The notes beneath the pieces are model-generated. The model was not told the DNA's origin. It saw only the letters and a program-made list of their open reading frames with translations, and did no database searches. Below, one piece after another: positions 50,211 through 59,402 of a stretch of 64,000 nucleotides of DNA. The stretch is taken from positions 3,534,001-3,598,000 of the forward strand of contig CAKKNE010000004.1 of assembly GCA_918797485.1 (NCBI GenBank), in the 5' to 3' direction. The stretch is from Pelagomonas calceolata. Lineage: Eukaryota. Position 1 is the stretch's first letter, and the number at the start of each line of letters is the position of its first letter. A program made the translations under genes and the position numbers.

Positions 50211-50732
50211 ATGACGACCATCGACGTAGCCGCGGTGCGCGCGGCCGCCGCGCCCTTCAGCTGCGCGATCCTGCGACGAGGAGACGACAAATTGCTAGCG
50301 GAGGTGAGAGGAGCCGACGCGCAAGCTGCCGCGGGCCGCTTGACGTGCTACGGCGGCAAGCGCGAGCAGGGCGAGAGCTCGATTCAATGCCTTGTGAGAG
50401 AACTTAACGAGGAACTCGGCTGGGCGCCCGAACATATACCTGCGGAGCCGGCCTGCTCGCTGCTCGTGGACGGGTACCTGATCGCGCACTTCTACGAAGC
50501 GAGCGTGGACCGCACGGACTTTGAAACCGAAGGCCGGGCGTTCGAATTCGTGGACGAAAGCGACGCGCGCTGGTCGGCGTGGCACGCGCGCATATTAGCC
50601 GCGAGGCGCCGCGGCGACGCCGTGGCAGTCTTCGACGACGGCGGTGATCCCGCCGCGACGCTCGCGCTCCTGCGCAAAGTGCCGACGGCCGGCGAGGAGG
50701 GGCTCGAGCGACGCTACTACGAGCCATTGTGA
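50211..50732 (+). CDS. Nudix hydrolase (alternative start at 50154)
   Basis: Nudix box GGKREQGESSIQCLVRELNEELG. Confidence 0.85.
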   Translation: MTTIDVAAVRAAAAPFSCAILRRGDDKLLAEVRGADAQAAAGRLTCYGGKREQGESSIQCLVRELNEELGWAPEHIPAEPACSLLVDGYLIAHFYEASVDRTDFETEGRAFEFVDESDARWSAWHARILAARRRGDAVAVFDDGGDPAATLALLRKVPTAGEEGLERRYYEPL

Positions 50733-50755
50733 ATGTACATAACTAAACTAACAAA

Positions 50756-51640
50756 TTATGACTCAGACTCATCTTCGGGCCACCAGGGAGGCACGTACGG
50801 CGCCGCGCGCACGTCGCTCCCCTCCACCCTAACGTCCAGCACCTCGCCGGACAGCGCGAAGTCCAGCTTCACGTCCGCGACGGCCGCCGTCGACTCCGGC
50901 GAGACCGCCACCAGCTTGCCGACGTCCTTGCCATTTGAGACGAGCTTGGCGCCGACCGTAGGTACATCAACAGATAGGGGCGCGAAGGGCACGGGGTCCG
51001 CCGGCGGCTCGGCGCGCGCCGCCGAATGCGTTACGTCGGTCTCGTGCAGCGCGACGGGCATGAACCGTCGCCGCACCTGGCCCCGGAACTTGGCCCTTGC
51101 CGTGAGCTCCTGGCCCAGGTAGCAGCCCTTGTCGAAGGCGATCGCATTCAACGCGTCGAGGTTCGCGACGAGCGGCACGGCACCCTCCAATTCCTCGCCC
51201 TCCGCGACGCCCAACGCGAGGCGCCTCCTCAAATACAAGCCCGGCGCCTCGCCCTCAGTACCTTTCTCGACAATACCGCGACTCCCTAACAATTCCGTCC
51301 GCGGGTCGGATCCACTAACAACGCAGTTTTGGAGCGTGCTCGTCGCCGTGACGACGTCTAAGTCCGCCTCGTCCCTTATTTTCACGTCTGCTCTCAACTT
51401 GTACATCTTGAGGTGCCTCAGGAGTTTTGGTGCGGCCGCGGCGGCGCAATCAATTAACACCGCGTCGTCGTGGCGCCAGAAGCACGCGTCCGCGAGGACG
51501 CGCCCCTTCGTGGTCAGGAACGCCGCGGCGAGCGCGGGCGCACTTCCCTCGAGCCAGGTCGCCACGTTGTTCGTGCAGAGGCTCTGCAGGAGCTTGCTCG
51601 TGTCCGCGCCGCGCAGGCTGAGGACGCGGCGAGCTGCCAT
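50756..51640 (-). CDS. IBA57: IBA57/YgfZ-family folate-binding Fe-S assembly factor
   Basis: FDKGCYLGQELTAR signature, LLQSLCTN, FLTTKGRVLAD. Confidence 0.92.
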   Translation of the reverse strand: MAARRVLSLRGADTSKLLQSLCTNNVATWLEGSAPALAAAFLTTKGRVLADACFWRHDDAVLIDCAAAAAPKLLRHLKMYKLRADVKIRDEADLDVVTATSTLQNCVVSGSDPRTELLGSRGIVEKGTEGEAPGLYLRRRLALGVAEGEELEGAVPLVANLDALNAIAFDKGCYLGQELTARAKFRGQVRRRFMPVALHETDVTHSAARAEPPADPVPFAPLSVDVPTVGAKLVSNGKDVGKLVAVSPESTAAVADVKLDFALSGEVLDVRVEGSDVRAAPYVPPWWPEDESES

Positions 51641-51990
51641 ATTATCGCGGCGGCGGCGTCTGGGTTGAGAGTGAGCACAGGCTGACAGAGAGCGCGTGGC
51701 AGCTTCGTGCGCAGCGGTGACGCGGACGCCGGCTGGCACGTCCTGTATGATGCCGAAGCGACGTGTGTGACGACTCTTGATGTCCTTCGCGAGAGTGGGC
51801 TGTGCCACGGCTGTGCTCAGCTGCTGCTGCAGGCCTGCGGGTTTAATTGCTTTTTGCCGCAGCCAGCCGCTGATCGATAGCGATCGTTTAAAAGGTGTCG
51901 CGTGCAAGCGCTGTCCACAGCTTTGCACCTTCCAAGAGTGCACGCTGCGGCAACTAGTGAGTGCACCACACTCACTGCAGCAGCAGCACC

Positions 51991-53415
51991 ATGGCTGCCG
52001 AGCAGGAGCCGGTCTACCTCATCGTCGCCGAGAACGCGACGACGTGCCGGAACATCTTGGCGCGCGGCGGCTGCGACCGCTGCGCGCTGCGGCACTGCGC
52101 GCCGCCGTGGGCGCTCTACGACGCGGCGCCGGCCACGCTGCGCGGGGCGCTGCGGTCGGCGCTCGACGTCCCGCAGAACGAGGGCTGCTCCCTCTGCCTC
52201 GGCGCCTTGGCGGAGACGACGGCCCGGGCTGTTGCACATGCATCGAGCGAGCACGCGGGCCTCGGCGCCGCCCGCGGCTGGGCGCTCCGCGTCGCGGCGC
52301 CGCCGTCGTGGGCCGTCCGCGACGCCGCGGCCGGCGGGACGACGCACTCGGTCAAGGACGCGCTGCGGCGCGTCGTCGCCGCGGACCTCGACCGCCTGTC
52401 GCCGCCCAGTAATTCGGAGGCCGCACCACCGGCGCCCTGCTACTTCGACCTGGCCTTCGACGGCGCGCCGGACGACGTCGCCGCGCTGCCGGCGCGGCTC
52501 CGGCCAAAGCCGCCGAAGCAGAAGGGCCGCGGCAAGCGCCCGAGGCGCGCGCCGGAGCCCGTGCCGGCGGCGCGCGTCGCCGCCGCGCTCGAGGCTCTAG
52601 ATGCCGACGAGCGCGCGGCGCTCGCATCAATTCTCACCACGTCTCCGCCCGTCCGCGTCGATGTCAAGTGCGCGCGCGAGCCCGTCTATCTGGCCTTCCG
52701 CTACCGGAAGTTGGGGCGGCGCACGCCGCAGTCGAGTTGGGTCGTCGACGGGCGCGTCAAGGGCGTTGGGTCGGTCGAGGAATATGTTTGTAAGGCGGCG
52801 AAGGCCGTGGCCGACTGCGACGGCGTCAAATTCGCCGCGTCGGGCCGCGAGGACTGGGACGTGCGCATGCTGGGCAACGGGCGGCCGGCCTACGCCGAGC
52901 TGCAGAATTGTCGAAAGTGGTCTTCCACGGACGTCGTCGGAGACTTCGCGCGCGAAGTGGCCAAGGCTTCAAACGGTGTAGTGGAGGCCCTACACGTCGA
53001 AATCGCGGACAAGGCCAGGGCCGACGCCGTCAACGCTTCAGCTGAAACAAAAGTGAAGACTTATGCGTGCGTCGTGTGGTTTTCTGCGGATCGGTCGGCC
53101 GAGGACGCGCGGCGCGTGTCGGCGAGCGCGCCCCTGGCCGTTCAGCAGAGGACGCCCGTCCGCGTGATGCACTCGCGGTCGCTGGCGACGCGCGAGAAGC
53201 GCGTGCTGCGGCTGAAGCTGACGATGACCAACCCGCGGTTCGGCGTCCTGGAGTTGGATACGAGCGCAGGGATGTATATCAAGGAGTTCGTCCATGGCGA
53301 TCTGGGCCGCACGGAGCCGTCGCTCGCGTCGTTGGCGGGCTGCGACGCGGACATCCTCCAGCTCGACGTGCTCGACGTGCACGACGACGTCGCCGCCGCG
53401 TCTAGTTCTAGTTAG
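51991..53415 (+). CDS. PUS10: tRNA pseudouridine synthase Pus10
   Basis: FAASGREDWDVRMLGNGRP, QQRTPVRVMHSRSL, AGMYIKEFVHGDLGRTEPSL. Confidence 0.95.
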   Translation: MAAEQEPVYLIVAENATTCRNILARGGCDRCALRHCAPPWALYDAAPATLRGALRSALDVPQNEGCSLCLGALAETTARAVAHASSEHAGLGAARGWALRVAAPPSWAVRDAAAGGTTHSVKDALRRVVAADLDRLSPPSNSEAAPPAPCYFDLAFDGAPDDVAALPARLRPKPPKQKGRGKRPRRAPEPVPAARVAAALEALDADERAALASILTTSPPVRVDVKCAREPVYLAFRYRKLGRRTPQSSWVVDGRVKGVGSVEEYVCKAAKAVADCDGVKFAASGREDWDVRMLGNGRPAYAELQNCRKWSSTDVVGDFAREVAKASNGVVEALHVEIADKARADAVNASAETKVKTYACVVWFSADRSAEDARRVSASAPLAVQQRTPVRVMHSRSLATREKRVLRLKLTMTNPRFGVLELDTSAGMYIKEFVHGDLGRTEPSLASLAGCDADILQLDVLDVHDDVAAASSSS

Positions 53416-53493
53416 GTAATCACAGTGTTAGTCACGCGCCCGTCGCCACGCGGTCGCCATCTTCACGCGGCCGTCGCCGCCGCCGTGAGCTGC

Positions 53494-54303
53494 TCACCCG
53501 GCATCGCGCCAGAAAGAGAGGACGTGCCAGCAGGCGCCGTTCGGCAGGCGCGCGATGCGCTCGAGGCGCCGGCTATCCTTGGAGCGGTCCCGGACCTTGG
53601 CGCGGCCCCGGACGAGCAGGCTGCGGAGGCGGAGGAAGCGGCGGTGCGGCTCCCGCACATAGGCCTTGTAAGTGCCGTAAGCGCGGACGCCGGCGACGAG
53701 CTCTCGGCACTTGGCGAAGGACTCGTCGTCGGCGTAATGTGGGCGGCAAGATAGGAAGTCTTGCATCAGCTCCTCGGCCGAGAGATCTCCCGCTTCGGTC
53801 GAAAAATCTCGCATGCATCGGTCGATCGAGGCGCCCGCTCGGAGTAAGACTATCAGGATTTCTAGGCCAGAGCGTGAGACTAGTCTCTGATGCGACGCCC
53901 TAGAAATCTCCTCCTCCTCATAATCCACGCAAAAATCGAATTCCTGTAGTAATACACCGAGTGGTGTTTGGTTTCCGTGTTCCGTTCTGGCGTTTACATT
54001 GGCTCCTGCCTGGAGAAGCAGCGAAACCATTGCTGACGCGTAGCCTTCTGGATAGCATGCGTAGTGCAGCGGCTTCCAACCATATGAGTCTCCCATATTT
54101 ACGTCGCCGCCTCGCGCGGTGATCATTCTAGCGCACTGGATGTGGTGCGCTTCAATGTTCGAGTTCATGCATAACATGAGAAGCGATAATCCCGATTCAT
54201 CTCTATCATTGATGGCTTCCCGGTCCTGCCTATCAAGCCACCTTTCTACAACTGGGATGTCGCCCTCCGACGCAGCACTGCAGATGTCGGGCGGAAGAAC
54301 CAT
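53494..54303 (-). CDS. Ankyrin-repeat protein
   Basis: AASEGDIPVVERWL, GWKPLHYAC, LLLQAGANVNAR. The ankyrin part is less GC-rich than its neighbours. Confidence 0.85.
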   Translation of the reverse strand: MVLPPDICSAASEGDIPVVERWLDRQDREAINDRDESGLSLLMLCMNSNIEAHHIQCARMITARGGDVNMGDSYGWKPLHYACYPEGYASAMVSLLLQAGANVNARTEHGNQTPLGVLLQEFDFCVDYEEEEISRASHQRLVSRSGLEILIVLLRAGASIDRCMRDFSTEAGDLSAEELMQDFLSCRPHYADDESFAKCRELVAGVRAYGTYKAYVREPHRRFLRLRSLLVRGRAKVRDRSKDSRRLERIARLPNGACWHVLSFWRDAG

Positions 54304-54304
54304 T

Positions 54305-54469
54305 CTACACGGCGAGCTCGTCGCCGAAGGCGTGCATCAAAATAACAGACCCGACGAAGAAGCAGACGGACTTGTGGTCCCAGGCGCGCGCGAACACGCC
54401 CTTCATCGTCGCCCATACGTTCGTTAATTTGACGCGCGCGCGGCCGAGTTGGTCGTCGCCGGCGTCCAT
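54305..54469 (-). CDS. 54-aa tail-anchored protein resembling plant-type TOM5 (absent from the ORF track)
   Basis: My translation: MDAGDDQLGRARVKLTNVWATMKGVFARAWDHKSVCFFVGSVILMHAFGDELAV*. Kozak-like GCCACCATGG start. The C-terminus matches the plant TOM5 pattern F-x-G-x-V-x-L-M-x-x-F/Y-G-D-x-x-x-V. Confidence 0.65.
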   Translation of the reverse strand: MDAGDDQLGRARVKLTNVWATMKGVFARAWDHKSVCFFVGSVILMHAFGDELAV

Positions 54470-55085
54470 GGTGGCGTTTTGGTGGGTTCTAGAAGGCGGC
54501 TCTGGCGCAGCGATGGAAGCGCAGCGCGGTGCTGTGGCAGGCGTTGTGTGAAGAAATGTGTACGCTCAGCAGTCAGGCGTCGCGGCTGGTTTTGCGCGAC
54601 TCACCTGCGACTCTAGAGTCTCTAACGCTAGCGTGCGGCGACGTTTGCCGGCTTCAGCCTTCGAGCGACGCATCCCAGGAGCCATGGGACAGACGGCGCC
54701 GACCAGGAGGAGCTCTGATGCTGGCCCTTGCAGCTCGAGCTTGCCCTGCTTTTGCCCACTCACAGCGCCAACCGCGAGACCAACGTGCGTTAGCAGTGCA
54801 GCGAAACCACCACGAACGACCGATGATTACGCTACGTGTGTGTCGCCTCGATTGAGGACGAGGAAGCGGAGCAAGGCAGCTCTGTGCAAGAGAGCCCTGC
54901 CTAACGCGCGGCGGGCGCGCCGAGCCAAAGCGGAGGCGCGCCGGCCTGCCGAGAGACCTCCGAGGCTGTGCTGGGCGGACGTTCTCGAAGAGCGCTTTTG
55001 CTTGCACACGCGACGACCGAAACGCGGCCGAGACCCTTCGGTGGCTGCGGTATCCTCAACGCGCGACGCCCCCGCAGGCAACAGA

Positions 55086-55331
55086 ATGAAGCTCCTCGCG
55101 GCCCTCCTCTTCGGCGCGGCCTCGGCCCTGCAGCCCGCGCAGGTGAAGCCCGCCGCCGTCGACCGCCGGGCGGCGATGAAATTCACGTTCCCCGCGGCCG
55201 TCGCCGCGGCGCTTGCACCGGCCGCCGCGCTCGCGGCCAAGCCGCCGCAGCTGCAGTCGATGCAGCCGCCGCGCCGCGCGAAGACGGGCCAGATCAAGAC
55301 GGGCAACGCGGGCTCGATCATGAAGAAGTAG
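55086..55331 (+). CDS. Small plastid protein with a twin-arginine thylakoid-lumen signal (81 aa)
   Basis: MKLLAALLFGAASA-LQP signal, DRRAAM, hydrophobic stretch ending AALA, then a 31-aa basic tail. Confidence 0.7.
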   Translation: MKLLAALLFGAASALQPAQVKPAAVDRRAAMKFTFPAAVAAALAPAAALAAKPPQLQSMQPPRRAKTGQIKTGNAGSIMKK

Positions 55332-55384
55332 GAGGTTTGTCGATACGGCTCTTCCCTAAAAAACAGTATCTTCGATTATACACA

Positions 55385-56209
55385 CTACTCGTACCTCGCC
55401 GGCGGCGGCGGCGGCTTGCCCCCCATCCAAAATGAGGCGACCCAGGCTTTCCCGAAGGCGCCCGGCGCCGCCGTGCGCTTGAAGCGTGGCCCCCACGCAC
55501 CTAAATCCAGCGACTTCTTGTAGTCCTCCTCGCGAAGTTTCGTTTCCGCGTACTCCTCCACGGAGAGGCCGTCGGGCACGTACGCGCGGCTCGCGCGCAG
55601 CTCCGCCGCCTTTGTCGCGACGCGTGCGGCAAAGCCGTCCTCGCCGCCGCGGGCCCAGCGCGCGACCGCCGCGAGGACCGCGAGGGCGACGGCGCTGCGC
55701 CTCGTGGGGGCCATAGATGCGACGACCGCCGCGCCCGCCGCGATGGCGAGCTGGCGGGCGATCACCACGGCGGGAACGCGCTTTCGCCGCGGCGACAGTG
55801 CGGCGTCGCGTTCGGCGCTTGCGACGGCCGCGCGCTCCGGCGCCGCCAGCGCCGTCGAGAGCAGCACGAAGGCGCCGAACACGAGGCGCGCCGCGAGCTT
55901 CGGACTGACGCGGCCCGTGGCGGCGACGCGGCCCGCGAGGCCGACCGCGACGCCCGCGGCGGCCGGCGGCGAGCGCTTCGCGACGACGGCGCGCAGTTGC
56001 GAGGCCCACGCGCGCACCGCCGCGTCGTCCGCGGGGCCCGCGTCCTTTATGCCACCTGCCACCGCGCCAAGGGCTGTGCGCTGCGGCAGCGCGGCGTCCA
56101 AGCGATGCGGCAGCGCCGCGTCAAATCGATGCGGCAGCGAGGGGCAGCGCTGCAGCGCGGCCGTAAACGGCAACAGAAGCGGAAGCAGGAGTCGCAGCGG
56201 TGCTCGCAT
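55385..56209 (-). CDS. Signal-peptide membrane protein, function unknown
   Basis: MRAPLRLLLPLLLPFTAA-L presequence, several hydrophobic segments, C-terminal YVPDGLSVEEY...LGAWGPRFKR. Confidence 0.6.
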   Translation of the reverse strand: MRAPLRLLLPLLLPFTAALQRCPSLPHRFDAALPHRLDAALPQRTALGAVAGGIKDAGPADDAAVRAWASQLRAVVAKRSPPAAAGVAVGLAGRVAATGRVSPKLAARLVFGAFVLLSTALAAPERAAVASAERDAALSPRRKRVPAVVIARQLAIAAGAAVVASMAPTRRSAVALAVLAAVARWARGGEDGFAARVATKAAELRASRAYVPDGLSVEEYAETKLREEDYKKSLDLGAWGPRFKRTAAPGAFGKAWVASFWMGGKPPPPPARYE

Positions 56210-56303
56210 GACTACTTGCGCCATCGATGCGATAACTAGAGGCCGCAAGGAATACTCTGCGAAGTCCCCAGTTGATGGCTCGTCGACGCGTCGATGATGG
56301 CTC

Positions 56304-56326
56304 GCTAGCGGTCTGTAACACTCTAG
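56304..56326. promoter_or_regulatory. Paired-CTAG upstream element
   Basis: GCTAGCGGTCTGTAACACTCTAG between divergent genes. Confidence 0.5.
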
Positions 56327-56481
56327 AAATGTTTTTTTTGTGGCCCAAGCTTCCGCGTAAACATCATTTCCAATTCACCCGGGCCATTCTAAAAGCAGAA
56401 TCACTCATCCGTGTGGCGTACTGCCGCTTGACGGAGCCAAAACGAGCCGCTGGACACAGCATGCGAGATGCATAGCTAATA

Positions 56482-58167
56482 ATGTGGGAGCGCTTTGGCA
56501 GCGACCCGGAGGACGCGGCGCCCGCGGCCGTGCTGCGGGCGCTGCACCGGCGCGGCGTCGGCAGGCTCCTCCGGGTCACGACGTCGCCGTCGCACGTCGC
56601 GCTGACCGTCGCTGCGCGGTGCGACCAAAGGTGCACGCTCGTCTTCGCCACGACACCCGACGCGCCGCCGCGCGACGCCGTCGAGGACGTGGCGACGGCT
56701 TTGTCTGAAAGCGCGGAGGCCGGCGCCGTGGCGTGCGCCGTGCCGCGGGCGCGGGCCGTGCGACACGGGCCGTTCGTGGAGATCGCCCTCTCCGAGTCGA
56801 CAAAGTCGCGAAACGCGACGCTCGTCATCGTCGAAACTTCTGGAAGAGCCGACGTCTGGTGCACCTCAACTGAAGGCTGGCGCCGGGCGGGCGGCCTGCA
56901 GCTCACGGATAATACTATCTCCTCGGCGGCCTTCGACGGCCGTCGCGTCTTCTGGCGCGAGACTGGGGGAGTCTTCTGCCGCGCGCTCGGCCGGCGGAGC
57001 GGCCGGCTCGCGGCGGGCCTGCGGGCGCGCGCGGCCGACGCCGCGGCGGCCTCGTCAGAAAAGCTTTTTGCCGCGGGCCGCGGCAAGGGGGCCTGGCGCG
57101 TGAGCGAGGCGCCGCTTATTATTAGGAGGGGAGCCTTCGAGCGGTGTCTGGGCGCGTCCGGCGTCGTGTGTCGCGACGGCGACGGCCTGCTGGTCGTGGC
57201 GGCCACGGGCGACGTCATATGTGTGACCTACGGCGACGCCGGGATCGAGGCGACGACCTTGGGCCGCGCTTCACAAAACGCGGTCGCCGTGGCGCCCGTC
57301 GACGGCGGCGTCGCGCTGCTCGCGGAGGGTTATGTTGTGTTCTACCCGCGTCGCGGCGTCGTCGCGCGCGTGGCCGCGCCGAAAGGCGCGGTCGCGCTCT
57401 GGGCGCACCGCGGCGGCGTCGCCGTGCGCGATATGCATGGAGGCGTCTGGACGCTCCGGACGCCGGACCTCCGCGCGCCGCCGCCGCCGCCTGTTGTAAA
57501 ACCTCCAGCCGTCGAACCGCGCCCGCGACCGCGGCCGCGCCGCGACTGGCATAATTCCAGAGACGCCTTCGCGGCCGCGCAGCGCTTGGCCGAGGCGCCT
57601 TCCGCAACACCGCTCCCGTCACTGAAACGGGCCGCGCGGCTCGCGCGCGAGCTGGGCCTCGACCCCGCGACACTGTTTACCGACGGCGACGAGCTGCCGT
57701 CGATGCTGTTCTTCTGCCGCGAGCGGCGACGAGATCGGTGGTTCGGGTGCTTCGAGCTGTTGTGCCACGTCTGCCTCGCGCTGCGGCCGGAGGCGCTGCC
57801 GAAATTCGTGGCCGACGTGATCGCCGCGAAGCGCCGGTCGCGGGCCATGCGCGGCGAGGCGACGGACTCGTCTTCGTCGGACTCCGACGTCAGCTCCGAC
57901 GAGGCGGAGGGCCACGCCGAGGAGGAGGGGCTCCTCTTCTGGACGGGCGCGCCGGCGCCGCCCGCCTTTCATGCGGCGCCGCGGTCGGCGGCGCCCGCCG
58001 TGTCCGTCGCGCTGCCGCGGCGCCGAGACCGCGCCGGCGACGCGTCGTACGAGCGCCGCGCCGTCGCCTGCCTGCGCGCCGTGCCGGGGCTGGCGCCGGC
58101 GCAGCGTGACGCGGTGGAGTTCGTGTGTGCGCGGTATTCTAGAGCGGGGAAGGCGTTGGGTCTGTGA
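56482..58167 (+). CDS. Hypothetical protein (beta-rich N-terminus, helical C-terminus)
   Basis: 561-aa ORF with an upstream paired-CTAG motif and a stop 24 bp from the convergent gene. Confidence 0.6.
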   Translation: MWERFGSDPEDAAPAAVLRALHRRGVGRLLRVTTSPSHVALTVAARCDQRCTLVFATTPDAPPRDAVEDVATALSESAEAGAVACAVPRARAVRHGPFVEIALSESTKSRNATLVIVETSGRADVWCTSTEGWRRAGGLQLTDNTISSAAFDGRRVFWRETGGVFCRALGRRSGRLAAGLRARAADAAAASSEKLFAAGRGKGAWRVSEAPLIIRRGAFERCLGASGVVCRDGDGLLVVAATGDVICVTYGDAGIEATTLGRASQNAVAVAPVDGGVALLAEGYVVFYPRRGVVARVAAPKGAVALWAHRGGVAVRDMHGGVWTLRTPDLRAPPPPPVVKPPAVEPRPRPRPRRDWHNSRDAFAAAQRLAEAPSATPLPSLKRAARLARELGLDPATLFTDGDELPSMLFFCRERRRDRWFGCFELLCHVCLALRPEALPKFVADVIAAKRRSRAMRGEATDSSSSDSDVSSDEAEGHAEEEGLLFWTGAPAPPAFHAAPRSAAPAVSVALPRRRDRAGDASYERRAVACLRAVPGLAPAQRDAVEFVCARYSRAGKALGL

Positions 58168-58191
58168 TGTAAAAAATTTTGTGAGAGTTTC

Positions 58192-59157
58192 TTATCCAGA
58201 AGAGTCGTCCGAGTCCGATGAGGAGTCGTCCGAGTCGGCCGTGCCGCTCAAGTCGAAGAACGACCGCTGGCCGCCAATGATGTCCGAGTCGTCCGAAGAG
58301 GAATCGTCCGAGTCGTCACTCGAGTCCGGCGGGTTGCCCGAGTTGTTCTCTACGATCAGAATACAGGCGTCGAACGGCCATATCATCTTCATCTCTCTTC
58401 CGTTCATCCCTCTTCCGGACACTCTGTACGCACGATATTTTTCCGAGACACCTACGACCCTGCCTTCCCGCCCTTCTGGCCTAAAATAGTCCGGCCATGG
58501 GCCAATGTTAATGGCTTTTTGGCTGCCCGGAGCAGGCCGCCCGAAGAGCCGTTTGAGCTCGTCTCTGTCGTCGATTAATCGGATAATTGCCCCGGCCTTA
58601 AGGTCGGGGCGCCATGCGGTCATCGGGCTGCGCGTCCGGCCCGATAAGATCGACTCGACTTCGCGAGTGACCCCTGCGGCGGCCGCTTTCGTCAAAACGC
58701 CTTTGTGCTGATCGCGCAGCGCCAGCGCCTCCCGCAGCACGTCGCATTCCGTCGAGGAATCCAGCGCCGCAGCGCGGTCGAGGTGCACCTTAGCCGCGTC
58801 GATGCCGCCCGGCAGCGCGCCGGTGATCTTCTTGCGGGCCGAGGCCGCGTGCCACGCCGCCGCCGCGTCGTCGTCAACACTTTCGCTCTCGAGCAGCGAC
58901 TCGACCAGACTGCGGGTGTTTTGGGCGGCGACGAGCCGAGCGCCCATGGCGGCATTCGTGACGGGGCTGCGATTGTTAGAGCTCAGCCACTTCGTGATCT
59001 GATCTCGCTCGTAGATTGCTCCATCTTCCGCCATGACCGGGTCCACGACCAGGGCTTGGCTGATGGGGCAGGTCACGCTTGAGAGCACCGCGGATGCTAG
59101 CATATGACCGGACGCGCCTGCATCATCCGTGCGCGCTCGCTTTGCTGGCTTAGGCAT
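58192..59157 (-). CDS. U-box domain protein
   Basis: TCPISQALVVDPVMAEDGAIYERDQITKWL...SPVTNAAMG. Ser/Asp-rich tail. Confidence 0.9.
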   Translation of the reverse strand: MPKPAKRARTDDAGASGHMLASAVLSSVTCPISQALVVDPVMAEDGAIYERDQITKWLSSNNRSPVTNAAMGARLVAAQNTRSLVESLLESESVDDDAAAAWHAASARKKITGALPGGIDAAKVHLDRAAALDSSTECDVLREALALRDQHKGVLTKAAAAGVTREVESILSGRTRSPMTAWRPDLKAGAIIRLIDDRDELKRLFGRPAPGSQKAINIGPWPDYFRPEGREGRVVGVSEKYRAYRVSGRGMNGREMKMIWPFDACILIVENNSGNPPDSSDDSDDSSSDDSDIIGGQRSFFDLSGTADSDDSSSDSDDSSG

Positions 59158-59402
59158 GGTATGCGCCTCGCAGAGCTCGTACACATGTGACCGGAGAGGC
59201 TGAGCTAGCGTAAGCATACTAGTATCGAGTTGCGTCCTAGTACCAGCCGGACGGGTGGGCCCCGGGGGAGCGGGAGGGGTACGGGGGACCCGCGACGTAA
59301 CTAGCCTGAGCCTGAGCCGAGTTGCCTGAGCCTGAGTTAGGCGCCGAAACAACACGTCAAACGTGTACAACAAGAAATAAGGATTTATATCAACAAGACT
59401 GA

